DNA from: Chromatiales bacterium
GTDB lineage: Bacteria > Pseudomonadota > Gammaproteobacteria > SZUA-140
Reading direction: 5' to 3'
Assembly (NCBI GenBank): GCA_011053135.1
Contig: DRLG01000103.1
Span: 1-41,908, forward strand
DNA: 41,908 bases
Part shown: piece after piece, positions 8,058 to 16,305 of the stretch
How positions within the stretch are numbered: position 1 is the stretch's first letter
How the letters are laid out: each line of letters starts with the position of its first letter
Program-made: the position numbers and the translations under genes
Notes under the pieces: generated by a model
What the model was told of the DNA's origin: nothing
The model's input: the letters and a program-made list of their open reading frames with translations, nothing else
Database searches by the model: none

Positions 8058-9896
8058 ATGACCGGATTGTGTGGTTGGATCGGTACCGACATCCCACAAG
8101 ACAATGTTGCAGAAACATTGTCGCGCATGAGGTCCTCCCTCCCCCCATACGGAGACCATTGGCAAGGGGAACAACGTTCATCTTGGGGGTTATTTACAAA
8201 ATCAAATACTGAGGGTCAAGTATCCATATCCTCATCTGGGGTGGCGGCCGCCCTCTCAGGCTCGCCGCAACCGCCCGCAACTGATATCGAAAGCGGCTCT
8301 CCCGCCACAATGATACTCTCAGCCTACCAACGCTGGGATGCCGAATACCTGAAACATATTCGAGGCAGTTTCGCAACCGCGATAATCAAGACAGACCAAA
8401 ATACCGCCTTTCTTGCCGTCGATCGAATGGGCATTCAGCCGTTATGCTATTCCGTTACTCGGGACGGTGGGTTGGTATTCGCATCAACGGTGTCAGCTGT
8501 AGCCAAACACCCTGCAGTCACACCGGAAATTGACTATCAGGCACTGTATAACTACGTCTATTTTCATGTAATCCCCAGCCCAAAAACCATTTACAGAAAC
8601 ATCCACAAGCTTGAGCCCGGGCAGTGTCTCCTATTTCGAAATGGGAGCATTGAACTTAACCATTACTGGCAGCCAGAATTTCTGGATCATGGAGGCGAAT
8701 CCTTCGACCACCTAAAAGAAGAACTCATGGATGTACTCCGGGCCTCAGTAAAACGTAACGCCGCCAACGGCATGACAGGCTCATTCTTGAGCGGGGGAAC
8801 AGACAGTTCAACCGTCTCTGGAATGCTGGCGGAAATCTCGGACTCCCCTCCCCCCTGCTATTCCATCGGCTTTGCTTCCGAGGGATATGATGAAATTGCC
8901 TATGCTCGCATTGCCGCAAAACATTTTGGCAATGTCATAAATGAATACTATGTAACCCCAGACGACATAGTTGATGCAATCCCGAAGATTGCGCGCGCCT
9001 ATGACGAGCCCTTTGGCAATTCATCTGCTGTCCCTACCTATTACTGTGCACAACTTGCCCGTGAAAATGGAACCCGGCTGTTGCTAGCTGGAGATGGCGG
9101 CGATGAACTTTTTGCCGGCAACGCTCGCTACGCCACACAAAAAATATTCGACCTCTACCAACAGCTGCCAAGCGTATTGCGCAAGGGGCTTATTGAACCG
9201 GTCTTCCTGAATCTGCCAAAACCCTTTCAGGTCCGTCCTTTATTCAAGGTGAAGCGGTACGTCGAACAAGCAATGGCTCCCATGCCGGACCGAATGCAGA
9301 CATACAACTTCCTCAACCGTATGTTGCCAAGCCACATTTTCTGTGCCGACTTCCTAGACCAGATAGATATAGATCATCCGGGCAACGAGCTGCGAGAAAC
9401 ATACCAGCGGGCACCCAGCACCTCAATCATCAACAGAATGCTCTATCTGGACTGGAAACTAACATTGGCGGACAACGACTTAAGAAAAGTCAACCGAATG
9501 TGCCAACTTGCTGGAGTAGACGTAAGTTACCCCATGATTGATGATGAGTTAGTGGATTTTTCCACTAAAGTCCCCCCCTCTCTGAAGCTGAAAAACTCCA
9601 AACTTCGTTATTTTTATAAAGAGGCAATAAAGGATTTTTTACCGAAAGAAATCATAACAAAATCAAAGCACGGCTTTGGCTTGCCTTTTGGCTTATGGCT
9701 GCAAACATCCAAGCCCCTCCAGGAGCTGATCTACGGCAACCTAACCCAGCTCAAACATAGAAAAATAATCCGTGAAGATTTCATTGATCAATTGATAGGC
9801 ACGCATCTGAATGACCATGCCGCGTACTACGGTGAAATGGTATGGATTCTTTCCATGCTTGAACAATGGTTAAGCGAGCATGGAGAAAACCCTTAA
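8058..9896 (+). CDS. Asparagine synthase (AsnB) family amidotransferase, divergent paralog
   Basis: PP-loop SGGTDSS and synthetase-domain motifs (YDEPFGNSSAVPTYY, LLAGDGGDELFAGN) are present. ATG 8058 gives MTGLCGWIG. An in-frame TTG at 8067 would give the canonical Ntn end M-CGWIG. The glutaminase-domain motifs seen in the two paralogs (RGPD, RRLSIIDL, NGEIYN) are not recognisable. Confidence 0.7.
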   Translation: MTGLCGWIGTDIPQDNVAETLSRMRSSLPPYGDHWQGEQRSSWGLFTKSNTEGQVSISSSGVAAALSGSPQPPATDIESGSPATMILSAYQRWDAEYLKHIRGSFATAIIKTDQNTAFLAVDRMGIQPLCYSVTRDGGLVFASTVSAVAKHPAVTPEIDYQALYNYVYFHVIPSPKTIYRNIHKLEPGQCLLFRNGSIELNHYWQPEFLDHGGESFDHLKEELMDVLRASVKRNAANGMTGSFLSGGTDSSTVSGMLAEISDSPPPCYSIGFASEGYDEIAYARIAAKHFGNVINEYYVTPDDIVDAIPKIARAYDEPFGNSSAVPTYYCAQLARENGTRLLLAGDGGDELFAGNARYATQKIFDLYQQLPSVLRKGLIEPVFLNLPKPFQVRPLFKVKRYVEQAMAPMPDRMQTYNFLNRMLPSHIFCADFLDQIDIDHPGNELRETYQRAPSTSIINRMLYLDWKLTLADNDLRKVNRMCQLAGVDVSYPMIDDELVDFSTKVPPSLKLKNSKLRYFYKEAIKDFLPKEIITKSKHGFGLPFGLWLQTSKPLQELIYGNLTQLKHRKIIREDFIDQLIGTHLNDHAAYYGEMVWILSMLEQWLSEHGENP

Positions 9897-9920
9897 GGAA
9901 TTCCTGAGTAGTCTACCTCA

Positions 9921-9989
9921 CGTCATTCCAGCGCAGGCCGGAATCCAGGAAAGCCAAAGTACTGGACCCGGCCTGTGCCGAGGTAACGA
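9921..9989. repeat. Degenerate REP/MITE-like palindromic element in a convergent gap
   Basis: cgtcattccagcgcaggccggaatccagg...ctggacccggcctgtgccgaggtaacg. It has an internal attcc...ggaat hairpin and imperfect termini (cgtcattcc vs aggtaacg). The track ORF 9880-10077 translates it as VIPAQAGIQ...CRGNE, which resembles spurious peptides from small repeats that I recall from proteobacterial genomes. Confidence 0.35.
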
Positions 9990-10032
9990 AACCATTAACT
10001 CTTGCCGCAACAAATCCGCCATAGCCTGCAGT

Positions 10033-11367
10033 TCAATCGTGCATATAACCTACTTTCTGGCCTCTTGCAGACATTAAACCAGGCTGGATAGCTACCCTGT
10101 TTTTATCGGGGTTAATCTCCCTCTGAACAATTATCTTCGTAAGAACAAGAATAGCAATCAAATTATAATAGAGGTCATAATAGGCGAGCCCAAGGAATGC
10201 GCCACCAACCGCATAGCCAACAATACTAACCTGCACCATTGCCGCTAAATTATTAGCCCATATTAATTCTGGACTTCCACGCGTATTTACAATGACCCAG
10301 CTACCGACTCTGAACGCCAGAATCCCCAGCAATAAAAACAAAATAATCCCAATGAATCCATGCTCACCAAGCACGCTAAAATAGATACTATGTGCCCCTT
10401 GAAAACGTCCGTCCCTCTGCATAATTTCAGTCGTAAGGTTGGGTGAATAGCGCCGGTAATTTTCTTCCACAAAAGAGTTAAATCCCCCCCCCGTAAAGCG
10501 GTTGCTCGCCATGTCAATGGCGAACTCCCATGCCGTCAGTCTCCCCATAGCCGAATTGTCTTGTTCGTAGTTCTTCAATGACTCCATACGATCCCACCAG
10601 CTTTGGGGCATGGCCATCAACATTACCGGCGATATAATCAGCAAAACTAGGCCAACTCGCATTTTTTGTTGGCTTTTTAGCCAGATAAAAAAGGTCATTG
10701 CAACAAGCGCAAGCATTGCTCCGCGCGAACGAGTCGCCAATATAGCTAGCGCAATCAACCCCATTGAGCCGGTCAACCCCCACCAAATGATAGGTCTCAC
10801 TTTTTGCATTTGGAGGAAGCGAAAAAGTGGCAAAATCATTATCAACGCAAGTCCCACTTCATTATTGCCTGAAATAAAACTACCTTCAGGCCCCCAAACC
10901 CGAGCCTCCCCTCCGGTTCGAATTGCAAACAGCCCCCCTTTTATTCCATAAAATCCCAGGGATAACGCAATGACCCAAACCAATGCAATAAGGCGTTCAC
11001 GTGTCACGATCAGCACCAGGGTGAGCATAATCATGAACTGGACCTTGAAAAACTTTTCTAATGCAACCAACGACTCCGGTGTATCGACGGCAAAATAAGT
11101 TGTAATGGATACCCATAATATAAATAGTATCCAGACAGCAGTAACTCCAGTCCAGGGAAAGCGTTTTGGTTCTTTTGAGAAAAATAATGCTACGACAGTA
11201 GCCAGTGATGTCACCTGCGCAAATGGCAAATCATAGGCAAACCCCCACGTTAAACGATGCGGACTCATATAGCTTATCCAGCTATATACGAGGATACCGA
11301 TGTGGGGCCGCGCAAGTATCATTGGCAGCGCTCCCGCAACAATCAATACTATGGCGATATCTCTCAT
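10033..11367 (-). CDS. O-antigen ligase / Wzy-like polytopic membrane protein (exosortase A-associated putative O-glycosylation ligase type)
   Basis: 444 aa with about 10 or more hydrophobic segments. The N-terminus MRDIAIVLIVAGALPMILARPHIGILVYSWISYMSPHRLTWGFAYDLPFAQ matches my recollection of the XrtA-associated ligase family (TIGR03097-like). It has a central loop with TRSRGAMLAL, as in Wzy_C proteins. Confidence 0.6.
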   Translation of the reverse strand: MRDIAIVLIVAGALPMILARPHIGILVYSWISYMSPHRLTWGFAYDLPFAQVTSLATVVALFFSKEPKRFPWTGVTAVWILFILWVSITTYFAVDTPESLVALEKFFKVQFMIMLTLVLIVTRERLIALVWVIALSLGFYGIKGGLFAIRTGGEARVWGPEGSFISGNNEVGLALIMILPLFRFLQMQKVRPIIWWGLTGSMGLIALAILATRSRGAMLALVAMTFFIWLKSQQKMRVGLVLLIISPVMLMAMPQSWWDRMESLKNYEQDNSAMGRLTAWEFAIDMASNRFTGGGFNSFVEENYRRYSPNLTTEIMQRDGRFQGAHSIYFSVLGEHGFIGIILFLLLGILAFRVGSWVIVNTRGSPELIWANNLAAMVQVSIVGYAVGGAFLGLAYYDLYYNLIAILVLTKIIVQREINPDKNRVAIQPGLMSARGQKVGYMHD

Positions 11368-11470
11368 GTCTAATCGATTGTCACTAACATTGGTTACAAT
11401 TGCACATCAGCATTGTCTCTCAAAAGAACCTTGCCCTTTAGCCGACAACCTTACCTTTTTAGCAGCGATG

Positions 11471-12481
11471 CTAAGCAGTAAGAACATTGCGATCCAGATA
11501 AGTGCGTAAAAGACGCAATGAAAACCGCTCTGGGGTGCGATCCCAAGATCCTATCCGGGGTAACTGGTATCTATCAATTCTGTTTGTCGCGCAACCCCAG
11601 GCAGTTGACACAGCAAGCCTGAATCCAGCCCGACGGACAATATCAACATGCAATCCCGTATAATCTTTTCCAGGCACCCCATTTGGATAAGCGAATGAAG
11701 TTACCTGATCACCCAATAATTCGTATAAAACATTCTTTCCTGAAACAATTTCGCTTTCTGCCTCTTCTGACGACAGGCGTGCAAGAATGGGGTGATTTAC
11801 TGTATGCCCCCCAATTTCCATGCCACCTTTATGCAATTCCGCAACCTGTTCCGAACGCATCATCATGTGATCCGGCAACTCCTTGCCAATAAACTCTGCA
11901 ATACGCTCAACTTTATGCATTCGTTCGTTAACTGACAAATACTTCAACTCATTCAAAATTTCTCTTATTACATTGAGGCGCTGTGATTCATCGGAAATCT
12001 CATAGCCAGACAATCCAAATTTGCTTAAATCAAGGTATTCCTGATCCGCCCTTCTAATCGATTCGATGACCGTATCATTCCACATCCGGCCACCATCCAG
12101 AAATCCAACAGCAATAAAGAATGTCGCTGGAATATTCCATTTCTTGAGTATCGGATATGCAACATCAATATTATTTGCATAACCATCATCAAAGGTAACG
12201 CATACCGCACGCCTTGGAAGCCTTCCTCGAATCATAAGTTCATAAGCTTCGCTAAGGGGCAACACATTGAAATATTTGCTTATAACACCCATTTGCCAGT
12301 CAAACGTCTCGGCATCAGGCTCATCGCAAAGAATAGGGTCTGCCTCCTTCAGAACCTGATGATAAAACAACACCAGCAACTTATTCTGCTGCGGCGAAGG
12401 CATAATAAGGGAACTCAGCAAACGTATACTGGTATGGTGTAATAAAGGTACAAGATTCATTAAAATATCTATATTTTCCAA
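11471..12481 (-). CDS. Polysaccharide deacetylase (NodB-type) family protein
   Basis: 336 aa. Motifs VTFDDGYANN (metal-binding Asp pair), GGHTVNHPIL and FAYPNG. The codon at 12481 is TTG; the alternative ATG is at 12460. Confidence 0.65.
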   Translation of the reverse strand: MENIDILMNLVPLLHHTSIRLLSSLIMPSPQQNKLLVLFYHQVLKEADPILCDEPDAETFDWQMGVISKYFNVLPLSEAYELMIRGRLPRRAVCVTFDDGYANNIDVAYPILKKWNIPATFFIAVGFLDGGRMWNDTVIESIRRADQEYLDLSKFGLSGYEISDESQRLNVIREILNELKYLSVNERMHKVERIAEFIGKELPDHMMMRSEQVAELHKGGMEIGGHTVNHPILARLSSEEAESEIVSGKNVLYELLGDQVTSFAYPNGVPGKDYTGLHVDIVRRAGFRLAVSTAWGCATNRIDRYQLPRIGSWDRTPERFSLRLLRTYLDRNVLTA

Positions 12482-12502
12482 GGAGCGGAAAACTACTAAT
12501 GA

Positions 12503-13708
12503 TTATCGATGCAATAAACCATTGTATACTGATCTATATCCCTCGACGCTTCCGCGCCAGTTTCTCTCAGTTTCAACAAATCGCCGTGCATTCTCTAATC
12601 GCTCAGGCCATTTGTGGTGGTTTTCCAACAAATCGCACACTGCACCAGCTAAGGCCCCTGTATCCCCTGCTTTGAATAGCGTTCCAGTAATGCCATCACG
12701 TATAAGCTCACGATGTCCACCAACATCAGATGCAATCAGTAGCCTGCCACCTGCCATCGCTTCCAATGGTTTTAGTGGGGTCACTATCTCAGTCAATCTC
12801 ATTGGTTTTCGTGGATATACCAGAATATCGATCAAGTCATAATATCGACCTACATCATCATGAGACACGCGGCCAGTAAAAATCACATGTTCCTGAATGC
12901 CAAGCTTGACGACTAGTTCTCTAAGTGCATTTTCTCTTGGGCCGCCACCAACCAGTAAAAGTGCGATGTCAGGATAAGTGCTCCGCATTATCGGCAACGC
13001 CTTCAACAATAAATCCAGGCCTTCATAATCATAAAACGAGCCAATGAAGCCCAAGACACGCCGCTTATCCAGTCCTAATGACTGACGCAATGCATAATCC
13101 GTTCCCCTGGCAGCAGAAAAACTATCCAAATCAACGGCATTTGGAATAATCGTGACCTTTTCCGCTGCAACCCCTCTGGAAACAATATCGCTCTTTAATC
13201 CTTCACAGATAGTTGTAATGGCATCCGCCCTTTTTAAAACATATGTTTCCAAGGCATGTGACAAACGATAACGTAAGCTCTTTTCTTTAGTGGAGCCGTG
13301 ACTCACAGCAGCATCCTCCCATGATGCACGTAATTCGTAGACAACGGGAAGCCCCATAGCCTTTCCCACCTGAAGTGCAGCGAGGCCGTTGAGGCATGGT
13401 GAATGAGCATGAAGTATCTGTGGCTTTACCTTTTCGACAACTTGCCGCAAGCGTTTAGACAAATCACGTACGACGGCATACTGGTTAAACAGGGGAAGCT
13501 TATCTAAAAGCATGTTCGAGGAATATGTACGAAAAAAATGAAAGCCATCGACATCTTCCTCCAGGGCCTCACCTGCATAGTGCTTCGAGCTGGTCAGGTG
13601 AGTAGTTTCCCAACCGAAATTTCTCTGTTGCAGAAGGATAGAACGGGTACGAAATGCATACCCACTATGAAGAGGGATCGAATGATCAAGGATATGGAGA
13701 ATACGCAT
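12503..13708 (-). CDS. GT4 glycosyltransferase, PEP-CTERM/exosortase A-associated type
   Basis: 401 aa, ATG start. The N-terminus MRILHILDHSIPLHSGYAFRTRSILLQQRNFGWETTHLTS resembles the XrtA-associated glycosyltransferase family as I recall it. The C-terminal part VYPRKPMRLTEIVTPLKPLEAMAGGRLLIASDVGGHRELI is a GT1/GT4 signature. Confidence 0.7.
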   Translation of the reverse strand: MRILHILDHSIPLHSGYAFRTRSILLQQRNFGWETTHLTSSKHYAGEALEEDVDGFHFFRTYSSNMLLDKLPLFNQYAVVRDLSKRLRQVVEKVKPQILHAHSPCLNGLAALQVGKAMGLPVVYELRASWEDAAVSHGSTKEKSLRYRLSHALETYVLKRADAITTICEGLKSDIVSRGVAAEKVTIIPNAVDLDSFSAARGTDYALRQSLGLDKRRVLGFIGSFYDYEGLDLLLKALPIMRSTYPDIALLLVGGGPRENALRELVVKLGIQEHVIFTGRVSHDDVGRYYDLIDILVYPRKPMRLTEIVTPLKPLEAMAGGRLLIASDVGGHRELIRDGITGTLFKAGDTGALAGAVCDLLENHHKWPERLENARRFVETERNWRGSVEGYRSVYNGLLHR

Positions 13709-13749
13709 GATAAATTTGGCACGAATTGCTACAGCGCGTGCACCTTATT

Positions 13750-15066
13750 TCACCAACAAACTCCCACATAGTTGCCAGAAAGTTTTTCCTGATTTGGCAC
13801 ATCAACCAAATCCAGTATCAAATGATTCTCAGTGGTGTATTCATACAGCTGGGCCAGCAGTGGCTTATCATTTAACCCAACTACTATCACATCAGATTGC
13901 TCAATAACTTCCTGGCAGGTTTCCTTCATTAAGGACGATATATGAGGAATTGTCTCTTCAATATAGCGGCGGTTGGCGCCAACCAAGCGCGCAACATTAA
14001 CTTCAGGATCAAATATTTTCAAATCCAGACCTTTGCCGATAAATCGTTCTGCCATGGCTACCAAGGGGCTTTCACGTAAATCATCCGTTCCGCTCTTAAA
14101 ACTTAGCCCAATCATTCCAACCGACTTTTTCCCACTATTCAGCACAACATCAATTGCATGTTCAACATGCAGCTCATTGCTTGGCATCAACCCGGCAAGC
14201 ATTGGCAAAGAAATGTCTTCATGTTTTGCAAGATACAATAAAGCCCGCGTGTCCTTGGGTAGGCAGGAGCCGCCAAATGCGAAGCCGGGTTTAAGATAAG
14301 CCTTAGATATATTGAGCTGGTGATCACGGCATATCAAATCCATGACCTCACGCGAATCCACTTCCAATCCTTGGCACAGCCTCCCTATCTCATTTGCAAA
14401 TGTAATTTTCAGCGCATGAAAAACGTTACAGCACGTCTTTAACATTTCAGCAGATCGAACACTTGTGGTGACAAAATCTGCAGGAAGATGTCCAAACAAC
14501 TTTCGCAATTGCTGAATTGATCGCTCATCACCACCGCCAATCACGGTCAAGGGTGGGTTGTCATAATCCTTGATTGAACTTCCTTCTCGGAGAAATTCTG
14601 GTTGAAAACAGAGGCCAAAGTCCTGGCCGTTCTTTTTTCCAGAAAACTTTTCAATTGTTGGGCCGATTAATTTTTCAACGGTGCCCGGCACGACCGTTGA
14701 TCTAATGACAATAGTGTGAAACTGTTCCTTATTTTTTATTGCTTCACCAAGCTGTTCTGAAATTCTCTCAATCGCATTTAAGTTCTGACTTCCATTATTC
14801 TGACTTGGCGTTCCGACGCAGACAAAGGAGATATCACTGTTTTGTATGGCAGATGCGGTGTCGGTTGTAACCTCAACATTTCCAGCGATTGCCACTTCTG
14901 CCACAAGCTCTGGCATCCCCTCCTCAATAATTGGGCTTTGTCCAGATTTGATCAAATCCAATTTCGACGGATCGATATCAACACCGATAACTTTGTGCCC
15001 ATCTCGTGCCAAACAGGCCAGCGAAACCGCGCCGACATAACCCAAACCAAATATACTTATGTTCAC
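13750..15066 (-). CDS. algD: GDP-mannose 6-dehydrogenase (AlgD-like nucleotide-sugar dehydrogenase)
   Basis: Collinear with my recollection of P. aeruginosa AlgD: NISIFGLGYVGAV...GHKVIGVD, FVCVGTP, PEFLREGSSIKDYDNPP, GFAFGGSCLPKD, LSFKSGTDDLRESP and a C-terminal GVCW (AlgD has GICW). The track start 15096 is TTG. GTG 15066, preceded by AGGGAAGA, reproduces the AlgD N-terminus. Confidence 0.75.
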   Translation of the reverse strand: MNISIFGLGYVGAVSLACLARDGHKVIGVDIDPSKLDLIKSGQSPIIEEGMPELVAEVAIAGNVEVTTDTASAIQNSDISFVCVGTPSQNNGSQNLNAIERISEQLGEAIKNKEQFHTIVIRSTVVPGTVEKLIGPTIEKFSGKKNGQDFGLCFQPEFLREGSSIKDYDNPPLTVIGGGDERSIQQLRKLFGHLPADFVTTSVRSAEMLKTCCNVFHALKITFANEIGRLCQGLEVDSREVMDLICRDHQLNISKAYLKPGFAFGGSCLPKDTRALLYLAKHEDISLPMLAGLMPSNELHVEHAIDVVLNSGKKSVGMIGLSFKSGTDDLRESPLVAMAERFIGKGLDLKIFDPEVNVARLVGANRRYIEETIPHISSLMKETCQEVIEQSDVIVVGLNDKPLLAQLYEYTTENHLILDLVDVPNQEKLSGNYVGVCW

Positions 15067-15108
15067 GTGACTATCTTCCCTATTCAGTGAATACAAAAAT
15101 CAGTATTT

Positions 15109-16305
15109 TCACGAACCACTTTTAAGCTGCATACAGTTTTCAATAAGCGAATCCAAACGGCACATTGACTTTCCCCAATCGTGATGTGAAAGCATTCGAT
15201 CCCGCCCGGCCTGTGAAAACCGCTCTCTCTCACTGGGGTTGTCCAGCAATCGAATAATTTGATCTGCATATTCCCGGTGGGTTGAGGCTGTAAGAAAATG
15301 CTCTCCAGGAACCGCATCGATTCCACCTGCAGCTATAACACTGGATACTACAGGCACGCCCATCGCCAGAGACTCAAGAATTTTATTCTGCGTACCCCGG
15401 GCAATGTTCAATGGTGCAACATTAACTGCTGCACGCCAAACATAAGGCCTAACATCTGGTACAGATCCTGTTACTGTCACACCATCAATTTTCGAGAGTT
15501 GAATGATCGACTTTGAAGGATCTGCACCGATGATCGTCAGCTTGACTGCCGGTCTCTTTTGCCGAATAAGGGGTAAAACATGATGGCAAAATTCAAGCAT
15601 ACACTCCTGATTTGGATAATAATCCATACGACCTATGAAACAAAGACTATCTTTTTCATAGGGTTCCTCTGTTGGCCGAAAAAAAACATGATCAACACCA
15701 TTTGGAAACCAGTCTGTGCGCGCACCGACATTATACGCCCGCAAAGTATCCATCTCCGCCCGTGTAGTGCATGAGCAATAGTCGAATTTTTTTGCTAAAC
15801 GTTTCTCGTTTCTCTCTAACTTCCGCCCTTCCAAATAATAGCCAGGAGACAAGACACTAGCTTTAACTTTCGCGTATTCCAGCCATTTCTGTGAATCCAT
15901 GTCCCCAAAATCAAGAATCTTAGGAATACCTGTTACATTCTCGACATATTGAGCAACGGAGGAACAGTGCACAAAAATAAGATCGAACTGCGTGGATTCT
16001 AATTCTAATTCAATTTTCCTTTTTAGGGACCGGGAATAAAAATATCCCATAGATGATGGTATAGTCGTGGGCAACCGAGCAATCATTTGTCCAATTGCCG
16101 CAGGTTTTCCAATTCGCGCCATGAGATACTTGCTACAGTGTTCGCGCAATCCCTCACCTTCCCTTTCTTCCTCCACAGAACGAACAAGAGATGCCACAGT
16201 TACAGAATTCTTCCGATTTAGGTGGCTTATCATATTGAAAGGCCTGATCTTTCCTCCACGCTTAGGGGGAAAGGGAAACCTGTGAGTAACATACAATATT
16301 TTCAA
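15109..16305 (-). CDS. Glycosyltransferase, PEP-CTERM/EpsH1 system-associated type
   Basis: 398 aa. TTG start overlaps the upstream stop (TTGA, 16302-16305). The N-terminus KILYVTHRFPFPPKRGGKIRPFNMISHL is characteristic of the XrtA-locus sugar transferase family (TIGR03087-like, from memory). C-terminal GT-B motif: GTQNKILESLAMGVPVV. Confidence 0.7.
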   Translation of the reverse strand: MKILYVTHRFPFPPKRGGKIRPFNMISHLNRKNSVTVASLVRSVEEEREGEGLREHCSKYLMARIGKPAAIGQMIARLPTTIPSSMGYFYSRSLKRKIELELESTQFDLIFVHCSSVAQYVENVTGIPKILDFGDMDSQKWLEYAKVKASVLSPGYYLEGRKLERNEKRLAKKFDYCSCTTRAEMDTLRAYNVGARTDWFPNGVDHVFFRPTEEPYEKDSLCFIGRMDYYPNQECMLEFCHHVLPLIRQKRPAVKLTIIGADPSKSIIQLSKIDGVTVTGSVPDVRPYVWRAAVNVAPLNIARGTQNKILESLAMGVPVVSSVIAAGGIDAVPGEHFLTASTHREYADQIIRLLDNPSERERFSQAGRDRMLSHHDWGKSMCRLDSLIENCMQLKSGS

